DNA of 64,000 bases, taken from Octopus sinensis (taxonomy: Eukaryota). This document shows positions 57,962-64,000 of this stretch, one piece after another. Numbering within the stretch: the first letter of the stretch is position 1; every line of letters starts with the position of its first letter. A program made the translations under genes and the position numbers. The stretch covers positions 31,682,001-31,746,000 of the forward strand of contig NC_042999.1 in the NCBI RefSeq assembly GCF_006345805.1, written 5' to 3'. Below the pieces are notes generated by a model. It searched no databases. It worked only from the letters and a program-made list of their open reading frames with translations, and was not told the origin of the DNA.

Positions 57962-58799
57962 CTCTCGTATTCAGTATATTGCTAGCACTATGTAACGATT
58001 ATTATTATCTCCTATATTTTCAGATGAGAGACACGAGTTGGGTGGAAACTGAAATTTTCGTCTAATATTGTCCCGGAAAGCAATATTTGTCATCTTCTTT
58101 ATCGCTTTACGGTTTTGACACTTACATATAATCAAATGTTGCTTTATACATTTTAGTACATTGTCTCTAAATTGGTATATTTTTAAAGGGAGATAATATC
58201 GAAAACGTTGCAGTTGCAATAGGGAAATCTAATTCAACAAGCAGCTAAAAATGTATTTAAAAAACTTCTTTTAAAGCTATTTCAAGGAAACATAAAAGCT
58301 GAGTAATTTTCAGTGAAGTGTAATACATAAAAAGAAAGCAGCCGAAAATTTAGAAATATTTAATGAAATATTTACAACGCAAAAAATATTTCTCACACTG
58401 AGAGATTTATTATCATTATTTCTGCTTGAGACAGCATTACGTTGCGTACGTTATATACATCAACAAAATTTATATGAATGAGCTTGTGAAGTGTATGAAA
58501 CCCTATAAATTCGTGGACGTTTAAGAGCGTAGAAGAAATTATAATAGTAAGATTTTGCTACGTCGGATATCACAGTGTGAATGTGTTCTCTAGAGAGGAA
58601 GATTTAGCAGCTTTCTAAGATTTCTTCTTACAGTACTTTCCATAAGATAGCTGTTCACTCAATCATTCATTACATCTCAGGCAATTTTCGTTGGTTAAAA
58701 TGTATGTGTAATACCATTGGATTTACGCAACCGGCTATACACTTCAGCTTAAACATGTATTTCTGAACCTAAGAAAACTCTATGGCAGCGACGGTGTAG

Positions 58800-59596
58800 A
58801 TTGATGTAAGATTTTTGGGTGCGAACAGAAAAAAAATACAATGTGACCGAAAAATTCCTTTAGCTCAAAGATCCTGGAAAAAATAGCCTGTTTCTACGCA
58901 TGAACCTGGCGGCGGTTCAAGCTTGTTACGTGATTGCCAACGAACTGTACCTCCGTTATTCTTAGGCAAATTGCATCCTTCTTTCTCGGTTGTAAAAAGG
59001 TGGAGAAATTCCCACCAGAATGTCATTGGTGTTGTTGGAACACGGCGTTGTGAGGTGTAACCGTGAACAGATGCTCTTTCTCCGAATGGTGACGGCGTCT
59101 CATGGTCGATACTATACATGGCACTCTACAGGAACACGTTACCAGTTACACCATGTTGGATTTGAAATGTAGGCCGTTCTTCGTTGGCATGGTTGTTCAG
59201 ATTGCTTATTGGTTTACATAGTGTGTGTCCAGTGAGTTGTTGATTTGCGTGCGGTAGAGTTTGAGTATGCAGTCCCGTCTATTGATTCTCTCGGGAAGAC
59301 TAGACAAGACATCCCGACGTTGTTTGTAAATAGCTTTTCCGCGTCTCACAGTTGTAGGATGAGCCAATTATAGAAGCGGTGTTGAATTTTTTCTTCGGAT
59401 GGTCTCCTCTCTGGTGATTGGTTATTTTCATTGTGATTTCTTGCGTTACTTTTGATATAGAATGAAAGACAATGATCAACGCAGAGACCCAGACACGTGA
59501 TTATGAGGAAGACGATGACGATGATGATGACGATGGGGATGATGATGATGATGCACGCCCCATAATTTTGTGGAGAGAGGTGTGAGTCAACTACAT
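58800..59596 (-). mobile_element. Possible LTR-retrotransposon remnant (LTR-like TGT...CA at ~59431-59596)
   Basis: GC-richer block; minus strand begins TGTAGTTGAC and ends ...AATCACA; no clear PBS or domain. Confidence 0.3.
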
Positions 59597-59639
59597 CGAC
59601 ACTGAAAATGAAAGAAACCAGTATGAATGAACGCGACAA

Positions 59640-61197
59640 TCACCCCAAAATTCGCAACTCTAACCAAAACCTGAAAGTAATTGGTAAAATTTGTCTTGCA
59701 CTTAAAGACATCATCTAAGCTAATGATTTTTATATTAGACACCTAAAGCACCTATGCTATGCATCCATGAAGATGTCAAATATTCTATGTGATGGGAAGG
59801 TTAGAAAATGACAATTTTCCCACAAAAAGCCTATTTGGCAAGAGAGTATTCAACACCAAATTCAGTTACTTAGGTCTGACATAAAATGTATAAAAAAATC
59901 CTAAAGTTTGACAAGAATATCAAACCAACAAAAAACCGAAATTGAAAGAAAAATATAATATGAAAACCATACTTGACATCGGTACAACCATAGAAACTCT
60001 CAAGATATGTGCTAATGCTTCCCGTAGAAAACGGTATAAACAGAGCATTAGATTCTTGAAGGACAACATGTTCAAAAATAACACAAAACATTTTTACATG
60101 TAGATAGGGAAAATATCAATTATAGAAAAGTCTGTCTCATGAAAAGAAGTGCAGGAATTTTCGAATAAAATCTGGATCGAATTAAAAATCACAACAATAA
60201 AGCCCCTCGGACTATTAGAATATCTGGAGACTTTGAGGAAAATTGGGAGGGTATCAAGGTGGAGGATGTAAGATCTGCTCAGTGGAAGTCAATCAAATGA
60301 AAGTCTCCAGGGAAGAATAAAATTCCTAACTTCTGCTTGAATGCTTTCCCAGAGTGTAATGAAGTGCCAGCAAAACTTTACAACAGTATTTTACAACATG
60401 CTAGTACGATTCTTGGCCAGTTAACAATAGTGCATTTTTACTTTCAAAACGAGGTGAAACAAATGAATAAAGAAATTATAGACTCCTAACCTGCTTAAAA
60501 ACAATGCATAAAATACTAATATATCTCTTGACTGAGTGCATCATTTCCTAATGGAAAGTGGCATCTTCCCTAATGAGCAAATAGGTTGCAAACGTGGGTC
60601 TTTTAGTTGTAAACAGCCGCTACTCATCAATAAAACGATCTAGGAAGATTTTCACAAACAATACAAGAACTTGTCGATAGCCTGGATAGATTGTAAAAAA
60701 AGCTTTAGATAGCTGGATTTAGAAATACCTGGAAACTTTTAAAGTAGCACCTATTCTGCGAAACTTCATGTCTGTAAGTATGAGGTCAGGGAGAACCTTA
60801 CTGAATTTGAACAGTGACTATCAAATAAAATTTGGCAAAATGCTGAACTAGAACAAAACCTGTTATCATAAGTGCACTGAGAATGATATCCAGAGTGACT
60901 GATTGCTTCCTATATCAGTTACATGGAAATCCAAATTTGACAGAAATTCAAAAAATAGTGCTCATGGGAACTGACCATATCCTACGTAAAATACTGTCTA
61001 TGGAATCTTGAATTGTAAAATCAACTTATACGATTCTTATATTTTCTTAAACATTCTCTAGAATAATAACTTGTGCAAAACCAAATATATGGAACCCTAG
61101 TGATAACGCCAACTTGAACTTCTAGCTTGTGGTCTCTTGGGGTGTCTGGGTCATACTTGGAATCAACTTGTAGAAGTACAAAGGCAAAGTCAAACAA
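59640..61197 (+). mobile_element. R4/Dong-clade non-LTR retrotransposon, degraded with internal deletion
   Basis: KSPGKNKIPNF, NYRLLTCL, PNEQIGCKRGS, NLSIAWID(C)KK (RT), IQKIVLMGTDHILRKILS (C-terminus), 3'UTR and (AAT)n tail. Confidence 0.85.
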
Positions 61198-61216
61198 ATA
61201 ATAATAACAATAATAA

Positions 61217-61264
<48 letters not shown>

Positions 61265-61302
61265 TAATAATAATAACAATAGCAATAACAATAACAATAA
61301 CA

Positions 61303-61363
<61 letters not shown>

Positions 61364-61415
61364 TAACAATAACAATAACAACAACAACAACAACACTAAT
61401 AATAATAATAATAAT

Positions 61416-61459
<44 letters not shown>

Positions 61460-61475
61460 TAATAATAATAATAAT
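61197..61475. repeat. (AAT)n/(AAC)n microsatellite
   Basis: Directly visible. Confidence 0.95.
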
Positions 61476-61640
61476 CTTTTTTGCTCTGAGCAGAAGGCCT
61501 GAAGTTTTGGGCGAGGAGAATAGCTGCTTCCCTCTACCCAGGTACAAATTTGGTAGTTAATTTATCGTCCCAGAAAGGATGAAATGCAGAGTCGACCTCG
61601 GCGAAATTAGGACTCAGAACGTAAGGACGAACGCAATCCC
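61476..61640 (-). mobile_element. Degenerate family A SINE
   Basis: GAAAGGATGAAATGCAGAGTCGACCTCGGCG...GACTCAGAACGTAA. Confidence 0.7.
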
Positions 61641-61755
61641 CCTAAGCATTTCGTTCGACATTCATCCATTCATGTTGTTACTATTATTATTATTATTATT
61701 ATTCAGTAGTTTTATTTTTATAGCGTGCTTTCACTTCACTTTATTATTATTATCA

Positions 61756-61793
<38 letters not shown>

Positions 61794-61795
61794 TG

Positions 61796-62300
61796 TTGTT
61801 GTTTGACTTTTGCTTTACATTAGTACAAGTTGAGTCCAAGTGTCACCCAGAGTCCTCAAGAGACAACTAGTTAGAAGTTCATGTTGGTGTTATGCCTCGG
61901 GTGTCATATATTTGGTTTTGTACATATTGTTGCTCTAGAGAATGTTTCACAAACCATAAAAAAATCATGTTTGTTTTAAAACTTGAGATTACATTGATAC
62001 CATTCTGCGTAGGATATGGGCAGTTCCCACGAACACTATCGTTTGAATTTCTGCAATGTTGGGGTTATCTATCATGCCTGTTGAGATGCTCTGTAGGCGC
62101 AAGAAGACTGCACTGGGAGACAGCATGCTCAATGATTTCAGATTGTTGTTGACATACACGACATGTTGTGCAGCTACCCATCTTTAATATATTGGCCTGG
62201 AAGTTTCTTATAGGTAGGCATTGATCTTAGGCTGCTATAATAAACCCTTCTGTTTCTGATTTTAAGCCATATGCCCTTAAGCATTTAAGGGTAAGTGCTT
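61796..62300 (-). mobile_element. R4/Dong LINE 3' fragment (same family as 59640-61197)
   Basis: 61796-61925 is the diverged reverse complement of the 3'UTR at 61070-61197; upstream minus strand GLKSETEGFIIAA and CRV. Confidence 0.8.
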
Positions 62301-62317
62301 AGTTAACAATTATTATT

Positions 62318-62348
<31 letters not shown>

Positions 62349-62353
62349 TATTA

Positions 62354-62385
<32 letters not shown>

Positions 62386-62451
62386 TATTATTATTTTTTT
62401 ATTATTATTATTAATATCATTAATATTATTATTATTAATGTTATTATTATC

Positions 62452-62503
<52 letters not shown>

Positions 62504-62522
62504 GTATTAGTATTATTATTAT

Positions 62523-63046
62523 TGTGTAAGAGAACATTGCAGGCCATCAAAGTGACACTAGGGTAAAATAAACGAAGCCCAGTGTAACCATCACGACTAC
62601 CCGTCTGATAAGGGTACACTAGGCACATGCATCACAAACATATGTGCGTGGCATGGTGATCTCATATCAAAATAATGAGCACATGGCCATGAAAATGGGG
62701 CCCATCCCGCTCAAAAGGTCCCTGAATAAGGGTTGTTTAAGGATGTTGAACGAAACACCCATGTTTCCAGAGGTGAATTATTAAAACCCCAAAGAATTCC
62801 TATCAGCACATGAGTATGAGGCTCCCCCACTACTGCTCGTGATCAGAGATGCACATATCGTCAGCGTCTAATGAACATGCTCAACTGGTTAAGCTAATAA
62901 AAAAATGACAAGTAAGTCTTTGGTATTGAGCAGAATATTTGCTGTAGCCCATCTTTTATACCAAGACAAAACAATGTACGTGAAAATACTTCCAATCAGT
63001 TAAGATCAGAAGCGACGGGCGTCACTGCCTTGTACTGCATCAGTGC

Positions 63047-63050
<4 letters not shown>
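62523..63050. repeat. Unclassified ~530-bp element inserted in (TTA)n
   Basis: Complex sequence precisely bounded by (TTA)n arrays. Confidence 0.5.
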
Positions 63051-63087
<37 letters not shown>

Positions 63088-63092
<5 letters not shown>

Positions 63093-63168
63093 TAGTTTTA
63101 TTCTTATAGCGTGCTTTCACTTCACTACCGAGCGCAGCTCTGTGTGCCTTGGGTATGTGCTGTGATTT
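63088..63168 (-). mobile_element. 5'-truncated 3'UTR copy of the second Dong family (shorter copy at 61701-61740)
   Basis: TTCAGTAGTTTTATT...ATAGCGTGCTTTCACTTCACTACCGAGCGCAGC matches 63233-63318. Confidence 0.85.
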
Positions 63169-63182
63169 ATTATTATTATTAA

Positions 63183-63225
<43 letters not shown>

Positions 63226-63232
63226 TTTATTA

Positions 63233-64000
63233 TTCAGTAGTTTTATTTTTATTTTTATAGCGTGCTTTCACTTCACTACCGAGCGCAGCTCTGTGTGCCT
63301 TGGGTATGTGCTGTGATTTGTTGTGATGCTCTGATGGTTATTGTATGGAAAGTGTTCTGCGTAGGATGTGTGCAGTGCCTAGTAGTGCAATGTTTTGTAT
63401 GTTATATGTGTTTGTAAGTGTTGGTGTTTTTGTTATGTATTTGTCTGAATATTTTTTTATCATGCCTAATGCACCTACTATGATAGGAATTGTTTCTGTT
63501 TTCAGATTCCACATTCTAGTTACCTCTATTTCCAGGTCTTTGTATTTTGAGAGTTTCTCCATTTCTTTTAGAGACACGTTGTCATCTGCCGGTACTGATA
63601 CATCAATTAGAAAGCATTTTTTTCTTCATGGTCTCTGACAACTATATCTGGTCTGTTGGCCTTAATTTCTCTATCTGTGTGTATCGGCATATCCCAGAGT
63701 ATGGTTGCTTTCTCGTTTTCTGTGACCTTTTCTGGTGTGTGCCTATACCATCTTTTTTCTGTTGTTATTCCATAATGTTGGCATAGCTTCCAATGTATGC
63801 AAGTTCCAACTCTGTCATGTCTGTGAATATATTCTTTCTTAGCCAGGACTGGGCAGCTAGAGATAATATGATTTATTGTTTCTTGTCCATCTCCACATAT
63901 TCTGCAGTTACTTGTAATATTTCTTTTCATTACATGTTTTTGGTAATTTCTGGTGGGGAGGCTTTGGTCTTGTGCTGCAATTAAAAATCCCTCTGTTTCT
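63233..64000 (-). mobile_element. R4/Dong-clade LINE 3' end: CCHC zinc knuckle plus restriction-like endonuclease, frameshifted
   Basis: CRICGDGQETINHIISSC, RHDRV, RPDIVV, KEMEKLSKYKDL, IIVGALG; ORFs 63607-63930 and 63338-63577 split by a frameshift; (TAA)n tail. Confidence 0.92.

Overview
AT-rich, repeat-saturated eukaryotic non-coding DNA, most likely a cephalopod (Octopus-like; inferred only from the tRNA-derived SINE families and microsatellite load). No host protein-coding gene is supportable, and almost all listed ORFs are translations of (TA)n/(CA)n/(ATT)n/(GTA)n microsatellites or SINEs. Recognisable content: at least three tRNA-SINE families, Tc1 and mariner remnants, a hAT transposase remnant, a MITE, a cluster of R4/Dong-type REL-endonuclease LINEs inserted in (TAA)n arrays (59.6-64 kb), a Penelope-like (GIY-YIG) 3' fragment and a ~1.7 kb near-identical tandem duplication. 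The most notable hidden signal is about 11 minimal type I hammerhead-ribozyme (HHR) motifs from about 6 unrelated repeat families. They sit in or next to microsatellites, often as fold-back (inverted) insertions, and show non-canonical cores, including a compensatory G3:C8 swap seen in two separate copies and one circularly permuted, retrozyme-like unit. All folds and alignments were done by eye, and no ribozyme activity has been tested.
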